The notes under the pieces: model-generated
The model's input: the letters and a program-made list of their open reading frames with translations, nothing else
What the model was told of the DNA's origin: nothing
The model's database searches: none
Made by a program: the position numbers and the translations under genes
In this document: positions 7,456 through 16,884 of the stretch, piece after piece
Position numbering within the stretch: the first letter of the stretch is position 1
How the letters are laid out: the number at the start of each line of letters is the position of its first letter
Assembly (NCBI GenBank): GCA_024407725.1
Contig: JAKSVZ010000001.1
Span: 1-32,000 of the forward strand
Origin: Opitutales bacterium
GTDB taxonomy: Bacteria; Verrucomicrobiota; Verrucomicrobiia; Opitutales; UBA9783
Direction: 5' to 3'
DNA: 32,000 bases

Positions 7456-8967
7456 CTAGAAAAACATTGCCTGACAAGCCCACGACACAAACCCTAAGAT
7501 AAACAGCCCTAAGACCGTTATCCATAACAGCCGCAATCCCTTATCATCAGAAACAGTTAATTCTTGCAATTGAGCTGCTAACGCTTTACCGCGCAGGGTA
7601 CGTTTCGACAGAAAACCTTCGTAATTCCGTTGCAATAAATAGGTTTCTAATTGTCTCAAGGTGTCTAATAATACACCTACGCTGATCAAAGTTCCGGTAC
7701 CACCGAAAAACAAAGCTACGCGATAAGGAATTTTATATAAGAAGTACAAAATATCAGGGAATAAAGCGATAACCGTTAGGAAAATAGCGCCAGCCAAGGT
7801 TAAACGCGTCATTACGTAATCCAAAAATTGCGCGGTTGGTGAGCCAGGACGGACACCCGGAATATAACCACCATTTTTCTTCAAATCATCCGCAATTTGC
7901 AGGGGTTTGAACATAATCGAAACCCAAAAATAGCTAAAACCAAGCACGAGGATACCATAGATGATATAGTACAACATTGAGCCTTGTACAATAACCATCG
8001 ACCATTTTTGAAATACTGAAATACCAAACGCTGCTCCTAAGTAAGCCAATAATTGCTGCGGGAACATCAACAAAGCGCTGGCGAAAATGACCGGCATTAC
8101 CCCAGAATAATTTACTTTTAAGGGTAAAAATGAACTTTGGCCGCTATACATCTTAGAACCAACAACCCTGCTTGCGTATTGAACCGGAACTTTGCGTTGT
8201 GCTTGAGTAACCGCCACCATTGCTGCGATAACCACAAACAACAACGTGATCATTAAAGCGCCTTGTAACCAACCCAAATGTCCTGCGCTTTCCGTCCCTA
8301 ATGGGGTATAGAACATTTTCCCAAATAAAACCATGCTCTGGGGCAAACCGGACAAAATACCCACGGTAATGAGCAGCGAAATACCATTGCCGATTCCACG
8401 TTGAGTAATTTGATCTCCCAACCAAGTAAGAATCATCGTACCGGTTGATAATAAAAAGGTGCACATTAAAGCAAACCCTATCCCTTTATGGAGCACAATA
8501 GGACCATAAACCGCAGGATCAAACCCAGGGAACAACTTATCGGGATAATTCGTTAAGGCCATGATCAACAGCCCCCCTTGGATAATACAAATAACCAAGG
8601 TTAAATAGCGGGTATATTGCATCAAACGTTGGCGCCCTATTTCACCCTCCTGCTGCATTTTCGCTAACGAAGGCATCATAACTCCCAAAAGTTGGAAGAT
8701 AATCGAAGCACTAATGTAGGGCATAACCCCTAAACCAAAAACTGCTCCTTTTAAAAACGCTCCACCCGTAAATAAGTTATAAAGTCCGACCAATTGACCA
8801 CCACCGAGCATTTTTTGCGATTCAAAAAACGCTTTTAATGCCGATGGATCAACCCCCGGAATCGGAATATTACAACCAATTCGCGCTACGAAAAGCAAAG
8901 ACAGCGTAAACAAAATACGCTGCCTTAATTCACGAATTTTAAAACAATTGATTAAAGCAGAAATCAT
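7456..8967 (-). CDS. secY: preprotein translocase subunit SecY (503 aa, with a C-terminal hydrophobic extension)
   Basis: A multi-TM protein with 'GVMPYISASIIFQLL' and 'GGYIPGVRPGSPTAQFL'. Its position after rplO fits. About 40 aa follow the usual C-terminal end, including a 20+ residue hydrophobic stretch. Confidence 0.96.
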   Translation of the reverse strand: MISALINCFKIRELRQRILFTLSLLFVARIGCNIPIPGVDPSALKAFFESQKMLGGGQLVGLYNLFTGGAFLKGAVFGLGVMPYISASIIFQLLGVMMPSLAKMQQEGEIGRQRLMQYTRYLTLVICIIQGGLLIMALTNYPDKLFPGFDPAVYGPIVLHKGIGFALMCTFLLSTGTMILTWLGDQITQRGIGNGISLLITVGILSGLPQSMVLFGKMFYTPLGTESAGHLGWLQGALMITLLFVVIAAMVAVTQAQRKVPVQYASRVVGSKMYSGQSSFLPLKVNYSGVMPVIFASALLMFPQQLLAYLGAAFGISVFQKWSMVIVQGSMLYYIIYGILVLGFSYFWVSIMFKPLQIADDLKKNGGYIPGVRPGSPTAQFLDYVMTRLTLAGAIFLTVIALFPDILYFLYKIPYRVALFFGGTGTLISVGVLLDTLRQLETYLLQRNYEGFLSKRTLRGKALAAQLQELTVSDDKGLRLLWITVLGLFILGFVSWACQAMFF

Positions 8968-8974
8968 GAAGCGA

Positions 8975-9430
8975 TTAGGCTACGACAACTTTTCCGCCAG
9001 CTGCCTCTATCTTTGATTTGGCACCAGCGCTCATTTTATCGGATGAAGTAAGTTGAAAAGTGACCTTGCGAGCCCATTCTCCATTCCCCAAAAATTTAAC
9101 AGGGGCATCTAAATACTTAATCAATCCAAGTTTGGATAAAGCAGCCCGATCGATAGAATCGGAAAAATCTGCCGGCAACAAAGCATTAACCCTATCTAAG
9201 TTAATTACATTGTAGCACTTCTTAAAAATAATATGGTTAAATCCACGTTTCGGGAACTTACGATACCATGGAATACCCGAGAAGTTATGAGGAGTCGAGT
9301 AACCCGAACGTGCATTACCTCCCTTGTTTCCACGCGTAGAGGTTTCTCCATGGCCACTCGCACGACCACGACCTAGACGTTTACACTTCGATAAACGATT
9401 CGGGGTTGATGGTAATTGATTCAATTTCAT
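8975..9430 (-). CDS. rplO: 50S ribosomal protein L15
   Basis: 'MKLNQL...RLGRGRASGHGETSTRGNKG...' is a Gly/Arg-rich L15 N-terminus. The gene sits between rpsE and secY. Confidence 0.97.
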   Translation of the reverse strand: MKLNQLPSTPNRLSKCKRLGRGRASGHGETSTRGNKGGNARSGYSTPHNFSGIPWYRKFPKRGFNHIIFKKCYNVINLDRVNALLPADFSDSIDRAALSKLGLIKYLDAPVKFLGNGEWARKVTFQLTSSDKMSAGAKSKIEAAGGKVVVA

Positions 9431-9444
9431 GATATACCCTATCC

Positions 9445-9978
9445 TTATTCTGCGATTTCAGCCGCCTTCATCGCCGCCAACTGCTTTTGAGTGCGCATTT
9501 GCATCAAAGCACGAATGGTTGCAATCGATACATTGATCTTATTCTTAGAACCCAAGGATTTAGATAATACATCCTTAACCCCAGCGAGCTCTAATACAGC
9601 TCTTACTCCGCCACCCGCTACAATACCAGTACCGGAACAAGCAGGTTTTAAAATTACTTGACCACCACTAAATTTTCCCTGAGCAACATGAGGAACTGTT
9701 TGATTGAGGAGGGAAATCTTAAATACATGCTTTTTGGCACTTTCACTGGCCTTACGAACAGCATCCGATACTTCTTTGGATTTACCCAAACCGTATCCAA
9801 CTAAACCGTTTTTATTTCCAGCTACCAAAAACACTGAAAAGCTAAAACGCCGTCCACCTTTTACAACTTTGGAGCAACGATTAACCCCTACTACCTTTTC
9901 TTCCCAATTATCTGCAGGCTCTTTTAAAGCAAACATCTGCTTTTCATCAAGAAATTCTAAACCATCATTCGCTGACAT
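9445..9978 (-). CDS. rpsE: 30S ribosomal protein S5
   Basis: 'VVGVNRCSKVVKGGRRFSFSVFLVAGNKNGLVGYGLGKSKEV' is canonical S5. I chose the start at the ATG at 9978 ('MSANDG'), 11 nt after the rplR stop. The longer ORF from 10041 would overlap rplR by 52 nt. Confidence 0.93.
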   Translation of the reverse strand: MSANDGLEFLDEKQMFALKEPADNWEEKVVGVNRCSKVVKGGRRFSFSVFLVAGNKNGLVGYGLGKSKEVSDAVRKASESAKKHVFKISLLNQTVPHVAQGKFSGGQVILKPACSGTGIVAGGGVRAVLELAGVKDVLSKSLGSKNKINVSIATIRALMQMRTQKQLAAMKAAEIAE

Positions 9979-9989
9979 AGTATCAAAAT

Positions 9990-10352
9990 TTAAAAGTCGA
10001 TAGCTTGAGAACGCACTGCATCTGCAAATAACTTTACGCATCCTGCATAAGAACGTCCTGCGCGGTCGAACACTACCTGCTTAATTCCTTTTTCCTTTAA
10101 TAAAGCACCAAATTGTTTACCTAAAACATCCATTCCTGCCTTGTTGGGCTTCAAATGTTCAGAACGCAAATTCTTCGCCATCGAAGAAAGAGCAACTAAA
10201 GTAGAACCCGTTGTGTCATTAATGCATTGAGCATAGGCATGTTTGTTCGACAAAGTCAAAACCAAACGCGGACGCTCTTGGGTACCTTGAACCTTAGTAC
10301 GAATACGCAGGCGACGTCTTTTTTCCAAATTCCGCTTTTTTTCTAAATTCAT
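9990..10352 (-). CDS. rplR: 50S ribosomal protein L18
   Basis: A basic N-terminus 'KRRRLRIRTKV' and '...VVFDRAGRSYAGCVKLFADAVRSQAIDF'. It sits in the spc cluster. Confidence 0.97.
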   Translation of the reverse strand: MNLEKKRNLEKRRRLRIRTKVQGTQERPRLVLTLSNKHAYAQCINDTTGSTLVALSSMAKNLRSEHLKPNKAGMDVLGKQFGALLKEKGIKQVVFDRAGRSYAGCVKLFADAVRSQAIDF

Positions 10353-10358
10353 AGCTGA

Positions 10359-10895
10359 TTATGCTTTTTTCTTACCTTCTTTATGCTGTACGTACTCACC
10401 AATAATGCGTACTCCACGTCCCTTATAAGGTTCAATCTTACGGAAACGCTTGATATGAGCAGCAACCTGTCCTACTAAACAAGAATCCGCACCTTCAACG
10501 TGAATTTGGGTATTGTCCTTAACTTGAACGCTTACCCCAGTAGGAATTTTGTATTTAATAGGATGAGAACATCCCAAAGCTAAATCCAACACGTTACCCG
10601 ATACAGCAGCTTTAAAACCTACCCCTTTAATCTCCAAATCTTTCGAGAAATGGGTTTGTACTCCCTTAATCATGTTAGCAATGATTGCACGCACGGTACC
10701 ATGCATTGCTAATGTAAAACGTTCCTCGTTTTTCGGAGTCACTACGATAGACTGATCCTGTTGGGTAATCGACACACAAGGATCGAAGGTTTGAGAAAGC
10801 TCACCTTGCGGTCCTTTAACCTTAACGCATGAACCCTCAATAGACACGGTTACACCGTTATCAATCTTAATGGGTAATTTTCCTATTCTGCTCAT
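10359..10895 (-). CDS. rplF: 50S ribosomal protein L6
   Basis: 'MSRIGKLPIKI..GVTV......V.VKGP.GEL' and '...EPYKGRGVRIIGEYVQHKEGKK'. Confidence 0.98.
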   Translation of the reverse strand: MSRIGKLPIKIDNGVTVSIEGSCVKVKGPQGELSQTFDPCVSITQQDQSIVVTPKNEERFTLAMHGTVRAIIANMIKGVQTHFSKDLEIKGVGFKAAVSGNVLDLALGCSHPIKYKIPTGVSVQVKDNTQIHVEGADSCLVGQVAAHIKRFRKIEPYKGRGVRIIGEYVQHKEGKKKA

Positions 10896-10898
10896 GGA

Positions 10899-11288
10899 TC
10901 ACCAAACTTTACAAATTAACTCTCCCCCTAAACCAGCTGATTTTGCCTTCTTACCGGTCATAAATCCTTTAGAGGTAGATAAAATACAAATACCTAAACC
11001 GCTTAAAACGCTTGGGATATGTGCACAATCCACATACCATCTGGCACCCGGTTTGCTGCAACGCTTTAGCATGTTCAATACAGGGACATTTTTGACGTAT
11101 TTTAAGCGAATTTTTAAGTTTTTCTTACCTGTCTCATCCGCTTGGGTTTCAACACGGGCAATATATCCTTCTTCGACTAAAACGCGCGCAATTTCCTCTC
11201 GTACTTTCGAAAAAGGTACGTTGCAAAACGACTTGCGTACCCGATTCGCGTTACGAACAACCGTTAAAAAATCTCCTATTACGTCCAT
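10899..11288 (-). CDS. rpsH: 30S ribosomal protein S8
   Basis: 'MDVIGDFLTVVRNANRVRK...' is the canonical S8 start. The ATG at 11288 is preceded by AGGA. The track's longer ORF starts at a TTG (11306) inside rpsN. Confidence 0.95.
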   Translation of the reverse strand: MDVIGDFLTVVRNANRVRKSFCNVPFSKVREEIARVLVEEGYIARVETQADETGKKNLKIRLKYVKNVPVLNMLKRCSKPGARWYVDCAHIPSVLSGLGICILSTSKGFMTGKKAKSAGLGGELICKVW

Positions 11289-11299
11289 AAACCTAATTC

Positions 11300-11605
11300 C
11301 TACCAAGAAGCTTTAACAACTCCAGGCAACAAACCTTTTAATGCAAATTCGCGCAAAACAAGCCTTGAAACCCCAAATTTTCGATAATAACCACGTGACC
11401 TACCCGTAACCGAGCAACGGCGACGATAACGAACCGGAGAAGAATTACGAGGCAACAAAGCTAATTCACGTTGAGCCGCGAAAAACTCTTCATCAGGAGT
11501 TTTTGGATTCAAAATTTTGGCCTTCAACTCCTTACGTTTTTGAGCATATTTTTGAATAAGTCTCAACCGACGGTTGTTGGTTTCAATCGAAGATGTTTTT
11601 GCCAT
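11300..11605 (-). CDS. rpsN: 30S ribosomal protein S14 (long, 101-aa form)
   Basis: '[22 protein letters not shown]' and '...[17 protein letters not shown]...RE.A..G.LPGV.KASW'-type C-terminus. Confidence 0.97.
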   Translation of the reverse strand: MAKTSSIETNNRRLRLIQKYAQKRKELKAKILNPKTPDEEFFAAQRELALLPRNSSPVRYRRRCSVTGRSRGYYRKFGVSRLVLREFALKGLLPGVVKASW

Positions 11606-11613
11606 ATCCTTAA

Positions 11614-12159
11614 TTACCTAAATACCATACCTAATTTTTTCAACAACAAAAGTGCATCTTTAGAATCATGCGCTGTTGTTACAATTGCAATATCTAATCC
11701 AATATTGATACGATTAGAACTTGTTTTGATTTCGGGGAACACCGAATGGTCTTTAATACCAATATTCAAATTTCCGTTCCGATCAAAGTGGGAAGAAACT
11801 CCTCTAAAATCGAGAATGACAGGAAATACGATGTTAATCAACCGATACAAAAATTGATACATTCTATTACCGCGTAAGGTTACCTTAACTCCATTAGGTA
11901 CTCCTTGGCGTAATTTGAAGTTAGCAATGCTCTTTTTGCTTTTTACCACCACAGGGGCTTGTCCTGTAATCAAAGCCATATCCTTTACTAATTGCTCGAT
12001 GTACGCCTTGTCTGCCTCAGCTTTAACACGAGAATTCAATACAATCTTTTCCAATTTCGGAACTTGGTGAATATTAGTAAAGCCACATTCCTTCTTCAAT
12101 TCAGGGACAACCTGTTGCAGATAATGTTCTTTTAATAATTCAGGAACTGCAGAAGTCAT
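11614..12159 (-). CDS. rplE: 50S ribosomal protein L5
   Basis: '[34 protein letters not shown]' and 'DFRGVS..FDGRGN'-like '[21 protein letters not shown]'. Confidence 0.98.
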   Translation of the reverse strand: MTSAVPELLKEHYLQQVVPELKKECGFTNIHQVPKLEKIVLNSRVKAEADKAYIEQLVKDMALITGQAPVVVKSKKSIANFKLRQGVPNGVKVTLRGNRMYQFLYRLINIVFPVILDFRGVSSHFDRNGNLNIGIKDHSVFPEIKTSSNRINIGLDIAIVTTAHDSKDALLLLKKLGMVFR

Positions 12160-12161
12160 AA

Positions 12162-12473
12162 TTATTTGCTCGATTTAGTTTGTTTTGTCGCTTTTTTAGC
12201 CGGTTTCTTGCTTTCGGTTGTAGTCGACTTCTTGCTAGCACTTTCTGCCTGCGCATCTTTTTTCAACGGGGCTACATTCGAACGGTGTATCGAAAGCTCT
12301 AGCTCAACGATACCACCCTTAGGGTTGTTTTGGGACTTTTTAAGGCACTTTTTGTGCATATTTACCCCTTCAACCACTACTCGGTCGCCCACCAAATTCA
12401 ATACCTTGCCGGTTTTACCTTTGTGATCTCCGGCAATCACCATTACTTCACTACCTCTTTTAATTGCAGTCAT
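12162..12473 (-). CDS. rplX: 50S ribosomal protein L24 with a K-rich C-terminal tail
   Basis: The KOW motif '[22 protein letters not shown]' is present. The start ATG overlaps the rplN stop by 1 nt (TAATG). The last ~33 aa are K/S/T/A-rich. Confidence 0.97.
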   Translation of the reverse strand: MTAIKRGSEVMVIAGDHKGKTGKVLNLVGDRVVVEGVNMHKKCLKKSQNNPKGGIVELELSIHRSNVAPLKKDAQAESASKKSTTTESKKPAKKATKQTKSSK

Positions 12474-12838
12474 TACAAAACCTCAGGTGCTAATGAAACA
12501 ATTTTCATAAAATTTTTCTGACGCAATTCACGAGCAATAGGCCCAAAAACACGCGTCCCTTTAGGATTATCCGCATCATCAATAATAACACATGCGTTAT
12601 CCCCAAAACGAAGGCAAGAACCATCCTTACGATGGATATCATGACGGGTACGTACGATTACAGCACGTACAACCTTACCTTTTTTGATTTCAGAATCAGG
12701 AGTACACTCTTTAACAGATGCAATAATCACATCTCCCACATGAGCTGTATCAGACAGCTGGCCTAATTTACGGATAAAACCAACTTCCTTAGCGCCTGAA
12801 TTATCGGCAACAACTAACCTACTCCCCATTTGCAACAT
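12473..12838 (-). CDS. rplN: 50S ribosomal protein L14
   Basis: '[20 protein letters not shown]' and '...[10 protein letters not shown]......[15 protein letters not shown]...[12 protein letters not shown]'. Confidence 0.98.
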   Translation of the reverse strand: MLQMGSRLVVADNSGAKEVGFIRKLGQLSDTAHVGDVIIASVKECTPDSEIKKGKVVRAVIVRTRHDIHRKDGSCLRFGDNACVIIDDADNPKGTRVFGPIARELRQKNFMKIVSLAPEVL

Positions 12839-12847
12839 AGCCTACCT

Positions 12848-13132
12848 TTATTTAACTTCTTGATCAGCTTTGGCTAATATACTTACCACACGCCACCGCT
12901 TTAGATGACTTAACGGGCGGGTCGACATAATCTCGACCTTATCTCCAATGGCACATTCATTTTTAGGATCATGCACATGCAAAACCGTTTTACGTTTAAT
13001 CTCTTTTTTAAAGCGTGGATGTGGCTTTTTATAACAAAAGACCACTTTGATCGATTTATCTCCCGAACGGGCTTCAACTACTCCAACGAGCGTCTTACGA
13101 TGAGATCTTACTGTCAAATCTGCTTGAACCAT
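12848..13132 (-). CDS. rpsQ: 30S ribosomal protein S17
   Basis: 'KTLVGVVEARSGDKSIKVV' and 'KRKTVLHVHDPKNECAIGDKVEIMSTRPLSHLKRWRVV'. Confidence 0.97.
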   Translation of the reverse strand: MVQADLTVRSHRKTLVGVVEARSGDKSIKVVFCYKKPHPRFKKEIKRKTVLHVHDPKNECAIGDKVEIMSTRPLSHLKRWRVVSILAKADQEVK

Positions 13133-13137
13133 AGAGC

Positions 13138-13344
13138 TTACTCTTTAACGTGTTTACAATTTTTCTGAGTCAACGCTGTTAAAACGCGCGCTCTATCCTT
13201 ACGGGCATTACGGATCTCTGAAACAGCCTTTGCTTGTCCCGCATCGTTTTTCATACGTAAATCCACCATTTTTTTAGCAAGTTCTCTAGATTTAGAATAC
13301 AACTCGCTCGGTGTCAATTTTAAAATGTCCTTTTCTTTACCCAT
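13138..13344 (-). CDS. rpmC: 50S ribosomal protein L29
   Basis: 68 aa with 'LKLTPSELYSKSRELAKKMVDLRMK'. Its position between rplP and rpsQ fits. Confidence 0.95.
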   Translation of the reverse strand: MGKEKDILKLTPSELYSKSRELAKKMVDLRMKNDAGQAKAVSEIRNARKDRARVLTALTQKNCKHVKE

Positions 13345-13357
13345 AACAAACCCCTAC

Positions 13358-13789
13358 TTAAAAACGTTGGGTTAATTCCTCACGGCCAATGAATCTGCAC
13401 CGTAAACCTAATTTACGATCGGCCAATGACATAGCTTCCAATGCAACAGCGGATGGAACACCGGCAATTTCAAAAAGGATAACGCCGGGTTTAACGACCA
13501 CGACCCAATACTCAACCCCACCTTTACCTTTACCCATACGGGTTTCTAACGGCTTGCGGGTAATTGGCTTTTGAGGGAAAACGCGCACCCAAACTTTACC
13601 TTTACGTTTCAAGTGACGATTGATCGCTACACGCGCCGCTTCCAATTGAGCAGCGGTAATACGTCCGCGTTCCAACGCCTGTAATCCATAATCACCGAAT
13701 GCTAGGCTTGAACCGCCTTTAGCGTTGCCATAAATTCTTCCCTTTTGGGTTTTAGCAAACTTAGTACGAGATGGTGAAGATAAAACCAT
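13358..13789 (-). CDS. rplP: 50S ribosomal protein L16
   Basis: '[11 protein letters not shown]', '[46 protein letters not shown]'. Confidence 0.98.
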   Translation of the reverse strand: MVLSSPSRTKFAKTQKGRIYGNAKGGSSLAFGDYGLQALERGRITAAQLEAARVAINRHLKRKGKVWVRVFPQKPITRKPLETRMGKGKGGVEYWVVVVKPGVILFEIAGVPSAVALEAMSLADRKLGLRCRFIGREELTQRF

Positions 13790-13795
13790 ATTCTT

Positions 13796-14425
13796 TTAAG
13801 CCTCCGCTTTTTCAAGACATACCCAACATTTTACGCCTATGGTACCGTACACCGTACGAGCTTCGTTAAAACCATAGTCTACGTTTGCTCTTAAAGTATG
13901 TGAAGGAACAGAACCAACGAATTGCGATTCGGTACGTGCAATTTCAGCACCGCCCAAACGGCCTGCACATTGTACACGAATACCACGCGCACCCATGCTC
14001 ATTGCCAACTGTACCGCTTTCTTCAAAGCACGACGGAACGAAACACGTCGTTCTAATTGAAGAGCAATGTTTTCTGCGACTAATTGAGCAGACAAATCCG
14101 GCTTTTTAACCTCTTTAATCTCCAACAAAACATCTTTCTTCAACAAAGCGCTCAATTCAGCTTTTAGCTTTTCGAGTTCTTGCCCTTTTCTTCCAATGAT
14201 CACACCAACGCGACCACTTAAAATGGTAACCCGCAAACGTAATCCTGCACGTTCAATCAGGACATCTTGCACAGAATTGTACCGTAATTTTTTCTGTAAA
14301 AAGCTACGGATTGCATAATCCTCTTTAACCCATTTCCCATAATCCGCTTTGCTAGCGTACCAACAAGAACGCCAGTCACGACGAACGGGTAACCGAAAAC
14401 CTATTGGATTTACTTTTTGTCCCAT
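13796..14425 (-). CDS. rpsC: 30S ribosomal protein S3
   Basis: 'MGQKVNPIGFRL', a KH-domain region, and 'GRLGGAEIARTE...G.VP.HTLRA.VDYG'. Confidence 0.98.
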   Translation of the reverse strand: MGQKVNPIGFRLPVRRDWRSCWYASKADYGKWVKEDYAIRSFLQKKLRYNSVQDVLIERAGLRLRVTILSGRVGVIIGRKGQELEKLKAELSALLKKDVLLEIKEVKKPDLSAQLVAENIALQLERRVSFRRALKKAVQLAMSMGARGIRVQCAGRLGGAEIARTESQFVGSVPSHTLRANVDYGFNEARTVYGTIGVKCWVCLEKAEA

Positions 14426-14440
14426 GTTTAAATTACTCCT

Positions 14441-14806
14441 TTATTTCCGTTTCCCTTGGGTTGCTTCTGTACCTTCTTCATCGGTCAAAACAATCTTAAT
14501 ATGACTCATACGTTTACGGATAGGATGAGCCGAACCACGCGAAACCGGTTGAAAACGCTTCATAACCGCACCTTCGTCAACAACCACTTCTTGAAGCACC
14601 AAATGTTCAACCGAAACACTTAAGTTGTTTTCGGCATTACCGATAGCACTCTTCAAAGTTTTATAAAATAAACGAGCTGACTTTCGTGGGCTCCAACGTA
14701 AAAATTGCAATGCTTTTTGAGCCTGCATCCCCACCAAATTACGCCCGATCTCCCTTAATTTCAAAGGGGACATACGAACATTTCTCGCTAGCGCTTGTGT
14801 TTTCAT
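14441..14806 (-). CDS. rplV: 50S ribosomal protein L22
   Basis: 'ARNVRMSPLKLREIGRNLVG' and 'VDEGAVMKRFQPVSRGSAHPIRKRMSHIKIVL'. Confidence 0.97.
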   Translation of the reverse strand: MKTQALARNVRMSPLKLREIGRNLVGMQAQKALQFLRWSPRKSARLFYKTLKSAIGNAENNLSVSVEHLVLQEVVVDEGAVMKRFQPVSRGSAHPIRKRMSHIKIVLTDEEGTEATQGKRK

Positions 14807-15084
14807 TATTTATCAGCCTTTTGAGTATGAGGATTATGTGCTTTAAACGTACGAGTTTGAGCAAATTCGCCCAACTTATGACCAACCATATTTTCGGTAG
14901 CATAAACAGGAATAAACAACTTCCCATTATGTACTTCGAAATTCAAACCTACGAATTCCGGAACAATGGTCGAACGACGAGACCAAGTTTTGATTGGTTT
15001 TTTATTACCCGACTTTGCGTAGTCTAAAACCTTATCCATCAATTTTGGATCTACAAAAAAACCTTTTTTAAGGGAACGTGCCAT
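14806..15084 (-). CDS. rpsS: 30S ribosomal protein S19
   Basis: '[12 protein letters not shown]', '[45 protein letters not shown]'. Its stop overlaps the rplV start by 1 nt. Confidence 0.98.
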   Translation of the reverse strand: MARSLKKGFFVDPKLMDKVLDYAKSGNKKPIKTWSRRSTIVPEFVGLNFEVHNGKLFIPVYATENMVGHKLGEFAQTRTFKAHNPHTQKADK

Positions 15085-15091
15085 AATTCAA

Positions 15092-15937
15092 CTATATCTT
15101 TTTAACCTTTTTCCCGTTGCAGCGCACTATAATAAAGCGATTGCTTATATTCTTACGTCTACGGGTAATGCTACCTTTGGCTAATTGACCCCAAGGAGAA
15201 ACAGGATGATTTCCACCACCGGTTTCACCACCACCCATTGGATGGTCTACAGGGTTCATCGCACATCCACGAACTGTCGGACGAATGCCCAACCAACGTG
15301 CACGGCCTGCTTTACCTAAAATGGCATTTTGATGGTCTGCATTACCAACTGCTCCAATGGTAGCTCTGCAGCGTTCATCCAAAAGACGAACTTCGCCGCT
15401 AGGCATCTTTACCTGAGCATACCCTTTATCAAAACCAACAATTTCCAAAGAAGATCCTGCAGTACGCGCTAAAACAGCACCATTCCCTGGTACCAATTCA
15501 ACTGCATGGATTTTAATGGCTGTTGGGATGCAAGACAATGGGAAACTCATGCCCACTTTGTAATTTGAAACAGTCTTATTTAAATTGATAACCGAATCCC
15601 CAATTTGGATACCTTCAGGCGCCAAAATATACCGTTTTTCGCCATCAGCATAATTTAACAATGCTAAATAAGCCGAACGGTTAGGATCGTATTCGAAAGC
15701 AGCAACCGTTGCAGGAATATCAAACTTATTACGTTTAAAATCCACCTGACGGTATAAACGCTTATGTCCGCCGCCCCGATGACGCACCGTAATATGTCCA
15801 TGACAATTGCGGCCGTAAGAACGACGTTTACCCGAAATTAAACTGGATTCACCAGCATCCTTCGTGTACTGAATTCTGTTGTTTACAAAAAATCGCCGAC
15901 TTGAAGTCGTTGGAACGCTTTTAACTAAAACCATCAT
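15092..15937 (-). CDS. rplB: 50S ribosomal protein L2
   Basis: 'GRN..G.ITVRHRGGGHKR.YR.VDFKR', 'RG.AMNPVDHP.GGGEG'-type motif ('RGCAMNPVDHPMGGGETGG'). Confidence 0.98.
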   Translation of the reverse strand: MMVLVKSVPTTSSRRFFVNNRIQYTKDAGESSLISGKRRSYGRNCHGHITVRHRGGGHKRLYRQVDFKRNKFDIPATVAAFEYDPNRSAYLALLNYADGEKRYILAPEGIQIGDSVINLNKTVSNYKVGMSFPLSCIPTAIKIHAVELVPGNGAVLARTAGSSLEIVGFDKGYAQVKMPSGEVRLLDERCRATIGAVGNADHQNAILGKAGRARWLGIRPTVRGCAMNPVDHPMGGGETGGGNHPVSPWGQLAKGSITRRRKNISNRFIIVRCNGKKVKKI

Positions 15938-15941
15938 AGCA

Positions 15942-16232
15942 TTACTTTACTTCAATATGCTGACCTTTTTTCAAGAAAACAATCGCTTTCTTTTTCTTTC
16001 CCACTACCCCAGGAAGCGCTTTTCTAATACGGCTATGCTTAACTTTACCTTTGCAGTTAATGATGCGTACTTGCTTAACCGTAACATTGAAATAAGCTTC
16101 AACAGAATTTTTAACATCTGTACGGGTAGCATCCGGATTTACCTCAAACGTATATGCATTCGCATTAGCGGAAAGCATGCTCGCTTTTTCGGAAATCAGC
16201 ATTTTTTCTAAATGATCACACAAGAATACCAT
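15942..16232 (-). CDS. rplW: 50S ribosomal protein L23
   Basis: 'ISEKASMLS...YTFEV...ATRTDVKNSVEAYFNVTV..V' and 'KKAIVFLKKGQHIE'. GGAG lies 9 nt upstream of the ATG. Confidence 0.96.
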   Translation of the reverse strand: MVFLCDHLEKMLISEKASMLSANANAYTFEVNPDATRTDVKNSVEAYFNVTVKQVRIINCKGKVKHSRIRKALPGVVGKKKKAIVFLKKGQHIEVK

Positions 16233-16246
16233 AATACTTTACTCCG

Positions 16247-16870
16247 TTATTTAGCTCCTTGAATATACTCATTTAATGCCTTTTCCGTTATCACCACATG
16301 AGGATAACGAACTATATCCAAAGCATTTACCGACGGTAAATCAATACAAAAAACGCGGCTCAAATTGCGCAACGATAGTAATTGATTCTTGGAAAATTCA
16401 CGATCTACCACCAAACATTTTTGTTCCGACACTAATTTGTCAAAAACGTGAGCCATTTCAGCTGTTTTTGGGGCTTTTTGCTCCTTCAAAGCTTCAATTA
16501 CCACTAATCCGCCCGAAACTGCCATGTCATACAAGGCACGTTGCAATGCCAAACGCTTTTCTTGGCGATTAACATGCATATAAAAACTACGAGGTTTTGG
16601 TCCAAAAACAACTCCACCGCCGCGAGCTAATGGGCTTCTGCGTTCACCTTGACGAGCAGAACCAGTTCCTTTTTGACGGAACGGCTTTTTACCCGAACCA
16701 TTAACATCTCCACGGGTTTTGGTGCATGCATTCCCCTGCCTTAAATTAGATAGGTAAGACACCAAAGTTTCCTTAAGGGTCTGTTTCCCGCGGTCATCTG
16801 TAAATTCAACGATTGGATAATCCCGCTCTTCTTTGAAATCTCCATCGAGGCTATAGAATTTTAACTTCAT
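16247..16870 (-). CDS. rplD: 50S ribosomal protein L4
   Basis: 'KPFRQKGTGSARQGERRSPLARGGGVVFGPKPRSF' is the conserved L4 loop region. Confidence 0.98.
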   Translation of the reverse strand: MKLKFYSLDGDFKEERDYPIVEFTDDRGKQTLKETLVSYLSNLRQGNACTKTRGDVNGSGKKPFRQKGTGSARQGERRSPLARGGGVVFGPKPRSFYMHVNRQEKRLALQRALYDMAVSGGLVVIEALKEQKAPKTAEMAHVFDKLVSEQKCLVVDREFSKNQLLSLRNLSRVFCIDLPSVNALDIVRYPHVVITEKALNEYIQGAK

Positions 16871-16884
16871 CTTTATAACCTTAT

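Noticed and set aside
9979-10041. Longer S5 start (ATG at 10041) giving 198 aa
   Set aside because: It would overlap rplR by 52 nt and add a non-conserved Cys/Arg-rich peptide. The ATG at 9978, 11 nt after the rplR stop, gives a normal S5 N-terminus.
11289-11306. Longer S8 start at 11306
   Set aside because: That codon is TTG inside rpsN. The ATG at 11288 gives the canonical 'MDVIGDFLT..RN' S8 start and has an upstream AGGA.
10870-11316. 148-aa plus-strand ORF opposite rplF/rpsH
   Set aside because: This is a shadow ORF antisense to two conserved r-protein genes. It shows no motif, no independent start context and spans a gene junction.
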